Source of the DNA: Thermoplasmatota archaeon
GTDB taxonomy: Archaea; Thermoplasmatota; E2; DHVEG-1
NCBI GenBank assembly: GCA_029907305.1
Contig: JARYMC010000001.1
Location: forward strand, 1-38,526
Length of the DNA stretch: 38,526 nucleotides
Direction of reading: 5' to 3'
Notes under the pieces: generated by a model
The model's database searches: none
Seen by the model: only the letters and a program-made list of their open reading frames with translations
What the model was told of the DNA's origin: nothing
Position numbers and translations under genes: made by a program
Shown: one piece after another, positions 15,194 through 25,800 of the stretch
Position numbering within the stretch: position 1 is the first letter of the stretch
Layout of the letters: each line of letters opens with the position of its first letter

Positions 15194-16192
15194 ATGCATA
15201 CTCTTAGTAATTATGCTGTAACTGAGGTTCTAAGTCTTGTCACTGTTGTTATAATTGCATCATCAGCTATCACCGCGGTGCTTTTATGGGCTATACCAGA
15301 GTTGGATGCTAAGAAGCAGTCTGTTCGTATTGATAGTGCTTTGACACAGTTTAAGACCATAAGAGATGTTATAGAGGATGTTACCAGCGGTGGTGCTGGT
15401 GCAAGTAATTTCGTTGATTTTGTAACAGATGCTGGTGATGTTTCCTTGGATTCTAAAGGCGATAGGTTTATTTTTTACTATTCGCTTGTTGAAGGTTTTG
15501 ATTTCAATGTATCTAATCTTGGTGATAGTTACGATAGAAAATTTGGTTTTAAAATAGAAAGCGCTGCTGGACCTGGATCCGCTGTGGATTCTTTTTTAAC
15601 AATATATTATCTATATAGTGGCGAATCGGAAACCGTACCAATTACTAATCAAGTTGAAATCTCTAAGAATTTAGCAGATGCCGTTAAAATAGATGTTACC
15701 TATTCTGGTAAAATTTCTGGTCGTATCTGGCTTTTTGACTCAGGATACTTATCATACGAAGTAGCATCCAGCTCCGGGGTTTTTAGGCTTTTTGCTGAGA
15801 ACGGAGCAACTATCTCAGTATACCCCTCTGGTTATCTATACCATAAACCTGGTTTTTACAACAAAGATAACTCAGTTGTTATGAAAATGATACAGATAAA
15901 ACCAGGTGATATAAGAGGTGGAAGCGGGAAAGGCGTATACAAATTCCTAATCAGATCAAATGCTAGCTACGTAAGAGAGGTTAAAGCAGATATACATGGA
16001 TGTTTTAAAATGCAGATATATGGGGGTAACAGTGAGGCTTGGGTAAGGTTTTACACGATGGAACATGGTTTCAAAAAATTTGGTTCAACCCAAGGAGGTT
16101 CTCTCTCTCAAGATACATTGTATCTGGAGGCGGGTAAAACCTTTTCGCTTGTTCAATCAGTTTGTGATGCTAGGTTGGTGGAAATAAAATGA
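15194..16192 (+). CDS. Pilin-like protein (class III signal peptide), 332 aa; uninterrupted paralog of the ORF 11658 scaffold
   Basis: N-terminus 'NYAVTEVLSLVTVVIIASSAITAVLLWAIPELD'. Both N- and C-terminal regions align by eye with ORF 11658. Confidence 0.7.
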   Translation: MHTLSNYAVTEVLSLVTVVIIASSAITAVLLWAIPELDAKKQSVRIDSALTQFKTIRDVIEDVTSGGAGASNFVDFVTDAGDVSLDSKGDRFIFYYSLVEGFDFNVSNLGDSYDRKFGFKIESAAGPGSAVDSFLTIYYLYSGESETVPITNQVEISKNLADAVKIDVTYSGKISGRIWLFDSGYLSYEVASSSGVFRLFAENGATISVYPSGYLYHKPGFYNKDNSVVMKMIQIKPGDIRGGSGKGVYKFLIRSNASYVREVKADIHGCFKMQIYGGNSEAWVRFYTMEHGFKKFGSTQGGSLSQDTLYLEAGKTFSLVQSVCDARLVEIK

Positions 16193-19100
16193 GGAGTATA
16201 ACCTACGATAGAAAGGGTGTTTCAAATATTCTTGGTTACGTTTTTTCATTTGGCGTAGCATCTATGTTGATGATTAGCGCTGTTCTTATAACCACAGGTA
16301 TACTTGATAACAGAACCGCTGCTGTTGCAGGTATGCAGGCTCAGAGTGTTGCCAACAAGATAGCAGACGCGGTTGTAGAGGCAATCGCGGTACTACAGTC
16401 TCCATCTAACATGGGTTATAAAAAAACCTTGGATATACCTATGGATATAGCTGGGCGTAGCTACTATGTTGATGTCACAGATAAACTGATATACGTAAAC
16501 ACCACAGATGGGCTGGTGAGCAGAAGCTGCCCAACCTACACAGCTGAGGACCTAAAAATCGGTGTTGGTGGTGGTAGAACATATTGTGGTGGCGTAGGCA
16601 AGATCAATGTTTCTGTTGATAAATCTGATACACTCTATAAACTGGATTTCGGATCAGGAAACACAACCAGGCATTCACCTGTTGCATCAGGATATTATTT
16701 TGTGAGTAACACATCTGCAATAAAGCCTGAGTTAAGGGACCCACCTTGGTGGAATACTAGTTATACAAACAGGGTTCCAATATTGATAAACAACACCTCA
16801 CCATATGATCTGGTAAATGTACCAGTTAAGGTAGTTCTCAACACATCAAATTTTGATTACAGCAAGGCAAATGTGGTTTTTGAAGAATCTTCTTCAAATT
16901 TTACATCTAATCTTGTTTTTAATGACCCCTCAGATAATGCTGTGACTAAGATCGAAATCCTTACAAAGGAATGGAACCCTGGTTGGTTTTATACTTACTA
17001 CTATCCTACTGAAAACACTGTTACTGTTAGAATCAAAGAGATTGCTGGAGGATATGATATATCCTACATAAGAGGAGAAACCATTAAGTTAAACGGAAAT
17101 GTAAAAAGAAAATCATGGGATGCATCTACAGGTATTGCTAAATTTGATGGCAAAGAAGCTCTGGAGTCGCTTGAAAACGGGGAACATTTCCTAAAAAAAT
17201 CTAGGTACACTGTTACTGTTTCTGGTTTACTTAAAAACGGGGTTGAATTCTACGGCTTAGGAGATATATCTATAAATGCTGTGTACGTTCGCCCCGGGGA
17301 TAGCATAAAAAATGCTATTCAGAGATCATCCCCAGGGGGCACGGTTTTTGTATACAAAGGAACATATGTTGAAGAGGGTTTAAGTATAAATAAACCGTTG
17401 AATCTTATTGGCGAAAGCAGGGATGAAACTATTTTTAATGTAAATAAAAGTTATAAAACTGCCATCAATATAGATAGCACATCTTATGTAAATATCGACT
17501 CCTTCTGGGTATACCCAAAGCTACAATCTAATGAACCTGGGAGTGGACCTGGGATTGGTATAGATGTCAGTAAGTGTGAACATGTTAATATCACAAACTG
17601 TAGGATAAACAAAACTGCAAAAGGCATAAGAATAGGTGATTTATCATCTGATGTTTCTATATCAAATTGTTTAACATATGACATAACGCCCTCCGACGAC
17701 GTGCGTGGGAATGGAATAGCTGTTGCGAACAGCAAATACGTTCGTATCACAAACTGCACAACATATCATCTTAATACAACCCTTGGCGACGGTTTTGATA
17801 TTCGCTCATCTGAGTACGTCGATGTAATAAGATGCATATCTCATAGCCATTATGGAAAGAGGGCAAATGGGGTAAAGTTAATAGCTAGTAATCATTGTAA
17901 CGTAATAGACAGCAGGTTCTATAATCTCACTGGTAACGCAACAGCTGGTGTAGAGATCTGCGCAGATGTTAATGGAAACCCAAGCAAATATAATGTGGTA
18001 AAAGGCTGTGTTATATATGGGAACAACGCATCTGGTGCTCCAAATGATGTAGGACGCGGGGTTTATATCGCGGATGCGGGCACTGATTATAACATTATTG
18101 AGAATTGTACTATTTACAAAAACAGCATAGGCATACAATTTACAACTATTATTGCTTATGAGTTTGAAAAACTCAGCCTCATATTGGAAGGGCTCCTTGA
18201 TTTTTTTAAGGAGGGACCAAAATCTCATAACAGTATACTAAACTGTAGTATATACGAAAATCTAAACCATGGCATAGCTTTTTTCCATATGCTAGGTAAT
18301 AATATCAGCAACTGCAACATTTATAACAATGGCATAAACCCAAACATGGGTACATCGTTTGATGACCCATGTGGCATTCTTCTCGTAGCTTCTGGAAAAA
18401 ACAACATAACAAATTGTAACATCTATAAAAACGGTCTAAGTGATAAATCGGGTGGCTGTGGTCTTATTTTAATATTTGCTGGATGGAACCATATAGAATA
18501 TTGTAACATATATGGCAACATTAAAAGTAGCAGCCATCTCAAGTCTGGGGATGGTATTAAACTTATGTCATCTTATGGTACTTTTTCTCTGACAGGATGC
18601 GGATTTAACGAAATAAAATATTGTAATGTCTTTGATAACGGCAGAGATGGCCTCGAGTTATACAAAGGCAACACTTTAAACAAAATTTCCAATTGCAATT
18701 TCTATTGCAATGGTGAAAAAGGAGTCTACATTAGTGGTATTAATCCTTCTAATCAGATAGAGTATAGCAATTTCGAAAAAAACGGTGAAAATGCCAATGA
18801 TAGTATATTAGGAGGAATAAATTCTTGGAATGGAAATTTTTGGGATGACTTTGAATCTAATTGTGGACACGATGATGGTTATTATTGTATCCCACCTGGT
18901 ATTTGTGGGGAGGAGAAATGTCTTGGTCATGGAGATGATAACCCGCGATCTACTCGTAACCCAAATCCTGCTTTTTTCCAAGTTGACTACAGTTACTCTG
19001 CTGAGGATTTCTACCACACGCGATCAATAAAAAATGCACTACAAAACATGGATACCATGGAAGTTGGAGGGACTGTAAAGGTTTATGCTGGTACTTATAA

Positions 19101-21633
19101 CGGCATCGTAACAATAAAACAAGCAAATGTTAAGCTAATAGGCGAAGGAAACGTTATTGTCAGTGGTAATGATCCACCACTGAAATCAACAGCTATCACT
19201 GTGAAAAATTATAGTGTCAGCATAGAAGGATTAACAATAAAAGATAGCCTAAGAGGAATATGGTATAAAAATAACCTTTCTTCAGGAGGTTTACCTTTAA
19301 AAATCAAAAATTGCAAAATAGAAAACAATACCCAAGAAGGCATTTATCTAGGGGGAAACAGCAACAACTACTGCATTATAAATAGCTGTAACATATCCAA
19401 CAATAAATATGGCATATATGGTGGTACAAATGGTAACAAAATCATAGACTGCACCATCAAAAATAACAATGATGCTGGTGTTAAAATCAAAAACCGTAAT
19501 TCAAATAACTTCACAAACTGCACTTTATCTAATAACAAAATCGGTTTCATCATAGAATCTGGTTCTGATAACATCATCATCAACTCCAGGATACTTAATC
19601 ATGAAAACGAGGGTATCAAAATCTCAGGCTCCTCTAATAACAATATTTTGAATTGTAATGTAAATGGTAATAATGAAGGTATTAGTATCACAGGTTCTTC
19701 CACTAACAACAAGATTTCAAACTGTACTATAAATTACAACGCTAAGGGCATCTATATTGATTCCTTAGGAAATGCTAGCTATAACGAGATCAGTTACTCT
19801 AATATATCTGGTAGTACAAATGGTGTAGAGATAAAAGATTCTTTTGACAATACTATCACGTACTGTAATATTTATAACAATAGCAACGGCGTCTATATAC
19901 ATGACAACACTCCGCTATCATGTAATTATATTCTTTGCGAGAATATTATCACAAACTGCAGCATATATAATAACAATAATTACGGTGTTTTGACTAATAC
20001 ATCATCATATTACAACAAAATATATCACAACATTTTTAAAAACAAAAAAAACGCTAACGCTAAGGAAAAAAAATATCCGAACATATGGGATAATGGTTAC
20101 CCAAGTGGTGGAAACCTATGGTCTGACTATGATGACGAATCAGATAATGCCTTTGACTACTTCAGCGGAGAAAGCTATCCCCCTGGAGGTCAAGAGGACC
20201 CTGGCAGCGACGGCATAGCAGACAAACCATACAACAAAAACGGTGTGAAAGACAAATATCCATTCTGTAGAAAAAACCCTAGGATACCCTACTACATAGA
20301 TTACTGGAACCCACATGGTGAATCTGTGATCCTAGTAAACATAAGCATAGGAGCACACTCAGCTAAATGCATAAATCTATACTATGGGTATGATGGAGCA
20401 TTAGAAAAAATCCATAATCATACCATGAATGAGATATCACTGTTTTTTGATGACTTCCTCGGAACTAGTATTGATACAAACAAGTGGCTACGGCTACAAG
20501 CTTCAGAACCAATTACGCCGAAATATAAAGTCCAAGACGGGTGTATCAATTTTTCAGATGAAGGAAACATCACAACAAAAGATTTTGCCATACCAGATAT
20601 TGGGGATCCACCAAAAAATACACTGTCTCTAACCACAAACGAGTCAATGTACATCGTTGAAGCAAAAATGAAAATAAACAGAGGGCAGGGTAATATGATT
20701 TTACTGAAAATAGGCACTAATAGATCCTACTATTTAGTTTCAGCTAATGCAACACCATCACATACCCTCTCTCTTCATAAAAATTGTTTACCTCCACATA
20801 AAACATTTTATGAATTAGATAATGCCCCCTCATCAAACCTAAGCCACTGGATAAGAATGAAAGCCTACATACACCTAAGCAAAACCTACTACCCAGACCC
20901 ATATAATCCAAGCAAGTACTTACAAACAAATGCTACATTTATAAAAACCTATGTCTATGATTACAATACATTTGCTGATCTAGCCAGCGTCTCAGCTTTA
21001 GATACATGGAGCTACCCAGGAAGTTGGTCTGAGCCACCATACGAAGCAGCACAAGGCAAACCATATCCATACCCAGGACACAATGGTAAAATTGGTTTAG
21101 GATCCGGAATACTATCCTCAGAAGTTAGCAACGTCTTAATCGACTGGATAAGGGTAATGAAAACCCCGGTTGTTCAACCAACAGTCACAGTTGGAAGCAT
21201 GGAATCCATAAACTACGGATGGGACACATCAGGTGTAAAAACCTGGAACACAAACAACCCAAACCCATTTGAGCTAACAAACCCAGTGCTCTGTGATTTC
21301 AACTATGGTATTAGTAGCCCCACTGGGCCGAGCTTAAGTATAAACTTTGTAATAAAAAATTTACCCGCTGGTAAATATACTATCACAGTTACAAAAGGTA
21401 ACTACACAAACACAACCGACCAAATAACAGTTACAGTTACAGAAACCGGCAGCGAATCCAAAGAAATGAATATCCCAGATACAGACTACGGTAAATTCGA
21501 AACAAAATGGGTTACAATAAACAAAGAAAAAGATAACAGTGATATAAACATTGTTTTTTCCGGTAAAAAATGGCTTGTAAACTCAATTATCATAGACCGA
21601 GGAGCAAAAGGCGTTAAAGTAGGATGGGAATAA
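16189..21633 (+). CDS. Giant (1814 aa) pilin-like surface protein with DUF2341-like, two parallel beta-helix (PbH1/NosD-like) arrays and a LamG-like region
   Basis: ATGA overlap with the previous stop. N-terminus is 'RKGVSNILGYVFSFGVASMLMISAVLITTG'. DUF2341-like segment is 'WWNTSYTNRVPILINNTSPYDLVNVPVKVVLNTSNFDYSKAN'. Beta-helix array starts are 'GDSIKNAIQRSSPGGTVFVYKGTYVEEGLSINKPLNLIGE' and 'SIKNALQNMDTMEVGGTVKVYAGTYNG'. There are dozens of 'I.NC.IYNN..GI' turns. Confidence 0.8.
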   Translation: MRSITYDRKGVSNILGYVFSFGVASMLMISAVLITTGILDNRTAAVAGMQAQSVANKIADAVVEAIAVLQSPSNMGYKKTLDIPMDIAGRSYYVDVTDKLIYVNTTDGLVSRSCPTYTAEDLKIGVGGGRTYCGGVGKINVSVDKSDTLYKLDFGSGNTTRHSPVASGYYFVSNTSAIKPELRDPPWWNTSYTNRVPILINNTSPYDLVNVPVKVVLNTSNFDYSKANVVFEESSSNFTSNLVFNDPSDNAVTKIEILTKEWNPGWFYTYYYPTENTVTVRIKEIAGGYDISYIRGETIKLNGNVKRKSWDASTGIAKFDGKEALESLENGEHFLKKSRYTVTVSGLLKNGVEFYGLGDISINAVYVRPGDSIKNAIQRSSPGGTVFVYKGTYVEEGLSINKPLNLIGESRDETIFNVNKSYKTAINIDSTSYVNIDSFWVYPKLQSNEPGSGPGIGIDVSKCEHVNITNCRINKTAKGIRIGDLSSDVSISNCLTYDITPSDDVRGNGIAVANSKYVRITNCTTYHLNTTLGDGFDIRSSEYVDVIRCISHSHYGKRANGVKLIASNHCNVIDSRFYNLTGNATAGVEICADVNGNPSKYNVVKGCVIYGNNASGAPNDVGRGVYIADAGTDYNIIENCTIYKNSIGIQFTTIIAYEFEKLSLILEGLLDFFKEGPKSHNSILNCSIYENLNHGIAFFHMLGNNISNCNIYNNGINPNMGTSFDDPCGILLVASGKNNITNCNIYKNGLSDKSGGCGLILIFAGWNHIEYCNIYGNIKSSSHLKSGDGIKLMSSYGTFSLTGCGFNEIKYCNVFDNGRDGLELYKGNTLNKISNCNFYCNGEKGVYISGINPSNQIEYSNFEKNGENANDSILGGINSWNGNFWDDFESNCGHDDGYYCIPPGICGEEKCLGHGDDNPRSTRNPNPAFFQVDYSYSAEDFYHTRSIKNALQNMDTMEVGGTVKVYAGTYNGIVTIKQANVKLIGEGNVIVSGNDPPLKSTAITVKNYSVSIEGLTIKDSLRGIWYKNNLSSGGLPLKIKNCKIENNTQEGIYLGGNSNNYCIINSCNISNNKYGIYGGTNGNKIIDCTIKNNNDAGVKIKNRNSNNFTNCTLSNNKIGFIIESGSDNIIINSRILNHENEGIKISGSSNNNILNCNVNGNNEGISITGSSTNNKISNCTINYNAKGIYIDSLGNASYNEISYSNISGSTNGVEIKDSFDNTITYCNIYNNSNGVYIHDNTPLSCNYILCENIITNCSIYNNNNYGVLTNTSSYYNKIYHNIFKNKKNANAKEKKYPNIWDNGYPSGGNLWSDYDDESDNAFDYFSGESYPPGGQEDPGSDGIADKPYNKNGVKDKYPFCRKNPRIPYYIDYWNPHGESVILVNISIGAHSAKCINLYYGYDGALEKIHNHTMNEISLFFDDFLGTSIDTNKWLRLQASEPITPKYKVQDGCINFSDEGNITTKDFAIPDIGDPPKNTLSLTTNESMYIVEAKMKINRGQGNMILLKIGTNRSYYLVSANATPSHTLSLHKNCLPPHKTFYELDNAPSSNLSHWIRMKAYIHLSKTYYPDPYNPSKYLQTNATFIKTYVYDYNTFADLASVSALDTWSYPGSWSEPPYEAAQGKPYPYPGHNGKIGLGSGILSSEVSNVLIDWIRVMKTPVVQPTVTVGSMESINYGWDTSGVKTWNTNNPNPFELTNPVLCDFNYGISSPTGPSLSINFVIKNLPAGKYTITVTKGNYTNTTDQITVTVTETGSESKEMNIPDTDYGKFETKWVTINKEKDNSDINIVFSGKKWLVNSIIIDRGAKGVKVGWE
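17281..20056 (+). other. Right-handed parallel beta-helix repeat region (two NosD/pectate-lyase-like arrays)
   Basis: Periodic ~22-25 aa units such as 'NITNCRINKTAKGIRI', 'NISNCNIYNNGIN', 'NITNCNIYKNGLS', 'IEYCNIYGN', 'IINSCNISNNKYGIY', 'ILNCNVNGNNEGISI'. Confidence 0.75.
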
Positions 21634-21639
21634 AAAAAA

Positions 21640-22230
21640 ATGGATGAAAAAGCCCAGATGATGGTAATAGAATCAATAGTTTTCACAATCACCATACTCG
21701 TCGCCCTAATCTTCTTCTACCAACTATCACCAACCACAACAGTCAGTAACATATACACAAACGACCTAAAAATCAAAGGCGACGACGCCCTTAGAACACT
21801 ATACAACGACCAAGTTACAGTAGATTTACCAAAAAATTTCCCAAAAAACAAACTCATATTCTACCTGATAAAAGACAGCTACGAAAGCATGGTTCTACAC
21901 CTACAAAGCAAACTCCCATCAAACACCATATTCAACATATACATAAGCAACGGAACAAACAAGACATTTTGGTGCTCATCCGCCATAAATAACGCAACAC
22001 CTTTACCAGTTACAGAACCAGTCACAATATCACACTACATAATATCAATACATCCACAGTTTTTCAACCAATCAAAATTTCCAAGTATAATCAGCAATGA
22101 TGGTTGTGAAATAGCAAAAGCATTCAACGTATATAAAATGGATGAGTATGGAAAAATTGACATAACAAAAATAAGAGAAGACTACAAAGACTCCACATAT
22201 GATGTGATACTAGAAATGTTCTACACATAA
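21640..22230 (+). CDS. Small pilin-like protein (class III signal peptide)
   Basis: N-terminus 'MDEKAQMMVIESIVFTITILVALIFFYQL'. 196 aa, 6 nt after the preceding stop. Confidence 0.55.
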   Translation: MDEKAQMMVIESIVFTITILVALIFFYQLSPTTTVSNIYTNDLKIKGDDALRTLYNDQVTVDLPKNFPKNKLIFYLIKDSYESMVLHLQSKLPSNTIFNIYISNGTNKTFWCSSAINNATPLPVTEPVTISHYIISIHPQFFNQSKFPSIISNDGCEIAKAFNVYKMDEYGKIDITKIREDYKDSTYDVILEMFYT

Positions 22231-22265
22231 AGAAAAAAACAAAAAAAAAACATAATGAGGATGTT

Positions 22266-22778
22266 ATGAAAAACAAAAAACATAACAAAAAAAACAGAAA
22301 ACTATGCGATCAAAAAAACGGGCAGATGATAATAATAATGGGGGTAGTACTAGCACTCATAATCTTCGTAATAGCCTCACTATCAGCCGACATAATAAAC
22401 CTCAACGTGATAATATCAAATGAAAGAGCCACATCAATAGTATCCGAGTTCAACTACATAAAAGAAGCTTTTGGAACATCCCTAAACTACAATCTAATAA
22501 ACAATGTTACCAGACAAACCGAAGAAAAAGAAAGCTTTTTGATATTCCAAGGAGACATTCATGGTATCACAGAAGCATTCAATCAAACCAGAGACACGTT
22601 CTACACCATAGAGCTAAACTACAGCAGAGTCTTCGATGCAAATCTAAACAAATACTGGTATTCACATAAAAGCGATGAAAACCACATATACCATGTTAGC
22701 GTAACCCTATCACTCTACGACGGAAAAACCTACATAGCTGAAAACGTTGTGTACTCCATACTATGCGAACCATCATAG
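22266..22778 (+). CDS. Small pilin-like protein (class III signal peptide)
   Basis: Basic leader followed by 'KNGQMIIIMGVVLALIIFVIASL'. 'gagg' lies upstream of the ATG. Confidence 0.55.
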   Translation: MKNKKHNKKNRKLCDQKNGQMIIIMGVVLALIIFVIASLSADIINLNVIISNERATSIVSEFNYIKEAFGTSLNYNLINNVTRQTEEKESFLIFQGDIHGITEAFNQTRDTFYTIELNYSRVFDANLNKYWYSHKSDENHIYHVSVTLSLYDGKTYIAENVVYSILCEPS

Positions 22779-22888
22779 AACAAAATCATAAAAAGAGAGG
22801 AATAATGCCAAAATGACATAATCTCATAAAAAATTTAAATAACAAAAATTGAAAAGTATAATATTAATAGTATGTGGAGAAAAAGCTC

Positions 22889-25800
22889 ATGAAAAGATAC
22901 AGAAAACATCTTATCAACGATGAAAAAGGTGTTTCTCAGGTTTTAGAATCATTGATAGCAATTGGTATATCTGTCTTGCTTCTGCTCATATTTTTTATAA
23001 CCGCGAACAACATATTTGTCGCCCATGATAAACCTAGTATTGACATGGAAGCAAAATGTATAGCTATCATGGAAACTCTACTCAGCTCACCAGGTCAAGG
23101 CAATGAATACGAATCAAACTGGGAGAACAACCCTGAAAAACTTAGCAGCCTTGGTTTAGCTACATCCCCAACAATAGCATATGGTAGCTTTCATATGAAC
23201 GACAAGGGTCAGATAACAGAGTTGTACAAAAAACCTTTTTATGATAGTAGCATAGGCATAGCTAAAACATGTTTTTTAGCTGGGACAAAAATAGTGATGG
23301 CAGATGAGTCCTACAAAAACATTGAGGATATTATTGTTGGAGACATGGTTTTATCATATGATTTAGAAACAGGTGAAATCACAGATGGAAAAGTTACCCA
23401 TGTCTTGCATCACAAGCCAGGGGAGATGGGTGATTATTATCTTGTAATAAATGGTTTCCTCAAAGTGACACCTAACCATCAAATATACTCCAATGGTAGA
23501 TGGGTTTATGCTAGTGAACTAAAAACCGGTGATCCATTGTTTTACCCATCCAGGGACTACAAAGTTGAATCTATAGAAAAAGTCTATGAAAAAATGCCTA
23601 CCTATGATTTTGAGGTTGATGTTAGTCACTGTTATTTTGTAGCTATGGATACAACTGATGTTTTGGTTCATAATCCACCACTATACAACGTCCCACCGAT
23701 CGCTAAGTTCACATGGTTTGACATCGACGGCCTTAACAGTGAGACAACCATATTTTTTGATGCATCTGAGTCTTATGATCCAGATGGAAGAATAGTAGAA
23801 TATAAATGGGATTTCGGAGACGATGAATCTACAACTAGTGATAAGCCAACAGCCTCTCACACCTTTTATGATAGCAGCATGTATATGGTTAGCCTAACAG
23901 TCACCGATAACGAAAGCGCAAATAATACCTATACTTGTGCTGTTCAAGCAAACACCCTTAGCCTCCCAGACATTGAACAAGCACCATGGGTACTAACCGG
24001 GAAAAACATATATTCCTATAACAACGACCAAACACTCTCACCATGTGACGAAAACTACTATGTTGAATACAAAAACCTAGGCAACAACAATTATTCATTT
24101 GAGATAAAAGAAAAAAACAGTCTATATACAATCATAGATTACGATAAAATCACTAATCTCTCGAAAATAGGATATTGGGGTGCGAAATTAATTTTAGGGT
24201 TAAACGAAATCAGTAACGTATTGTATAGCTTTAACATAACCATTATTAGCTACAGTGGTGGAACAACCTATTACTATGGACCAACATGGGAAAACGCTAA
24301 CGCTATGGTTTCAAACAGTAGAGACGTTTTAATATACCATAAACCCGAGGTGAACAAAAGCGACATAACCGATATCACCCCACCATATTATGAGAACGGA
24401 AAGATCATCCTACGTTTCTTCATAGGTGGACCACCACCAAACAGACCACCAAACACACCTAGTAACCCAAGCCCAGTTAACGGAACAACTAAGGTTCTAA
24501 TAACCGCTGATCTCAGCTGGGGTTGTAGTGATCCTGATGATGACCTATTGACTTATGATGTTTACTTTGGTAACACACCTAACCCACCGAGGGTATCTCG
24601 AGGTCAACCCAGTACCATTTATGATCCAGGATTATTGAATGAAAACGAATGGTACTATTGGATGATAGTAGCCAGGGATCAATATGGTGCATCAACAGCT
24701 GGTCCAGTTTGGAGTTTCAAAACTACGTATGTCAGTGGTATACATCCACCACCATACACACCAAGTAATCCTAACCCAGCAAAGGGATCAACAGGTGTAT
24801 ATATAGATGACGATTTGTCCTGGGATGGTGGAGACCCAGAGTCTGGTGATGAAGTGAAATATGATATATATTTCGGTACAAATCCTTCGCCACCACATAT
24901 TGGTACCGCACGCTGGCCAGGGAGCCAAAGACGAATAACCTACCCTCTTGGAACAATGGAATACAACACTACCTATTATTGGAAGATTGTAGCTACAGAT
25001 AACTATGACAATACAGAAGAAGGCCCGATTTGGAGGTTCACAACAAGAAAAAATGATCCATTTATGCCAAATAACCCCAGTCCAGCAGACGATTCTAATG
25101 TAAATCCCCTTAAAACGACACAACTGAGTTGGTATGGAGGAGACCCAGACGGCCCAGATGACACAGTAACTTATGATATATACCTTTGGAACAGCATAAA
25201 TCCACCACCACCTGAACCTATTGGTTTTATCAAAATCTCAGGAGGCTGGTATGACCCTATAACCTATGACCTTCCTGAACCATTGGGGTATAACAAAACC
25301 TATTACTGGAAGATTATAGCTACAGATACCCATAGTAATTCTGCAGAAAGTCCGATTTGGAATTTTACCACTTATGATCCATGTATGCCCAGAAACCCGT
25401 TTCCCGTCAACGAATCAATCAATATAGATGTTGAAGTGCAACTGGAGTGGGACGGCGGAGACCCAGACGGCCCAGATGACACAGTAACTTATGATATATA
25501 CCTTTGGAACAGCATAAATCCACCACCACCTGAACCTATTGGTTTTATCAAAATCTCAGGAGGCTGGTATGACCCTATAACCTATGACCTTCCTGAACCA
25601 TTGGGGTATAACAAAACCTATTACTGGAAGATTATAGCTACAGATACCCATAGTAATTCTGCAGAAAGTCCGATTTGGAATTTTACCACTTATGATCCAT
25701 GTATGCCCAGAAACCCGTTTCCCGTCAACGAATCAATCAATATAGATGTTAAAGTGCAACTGGAGTGGGATGGCGGAGACCCAGATGGCCCAGAGGATAC

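Noticed and set aside
25141-25776. Template/variable repeat pair of a diversity-generating retroelement
   Set aside because: The two copies are adjacent in-frame modules differing at only 2 sites, which are G/A and C/T differences rather than adenine-specific. No reverse transcriptase is present in the window.
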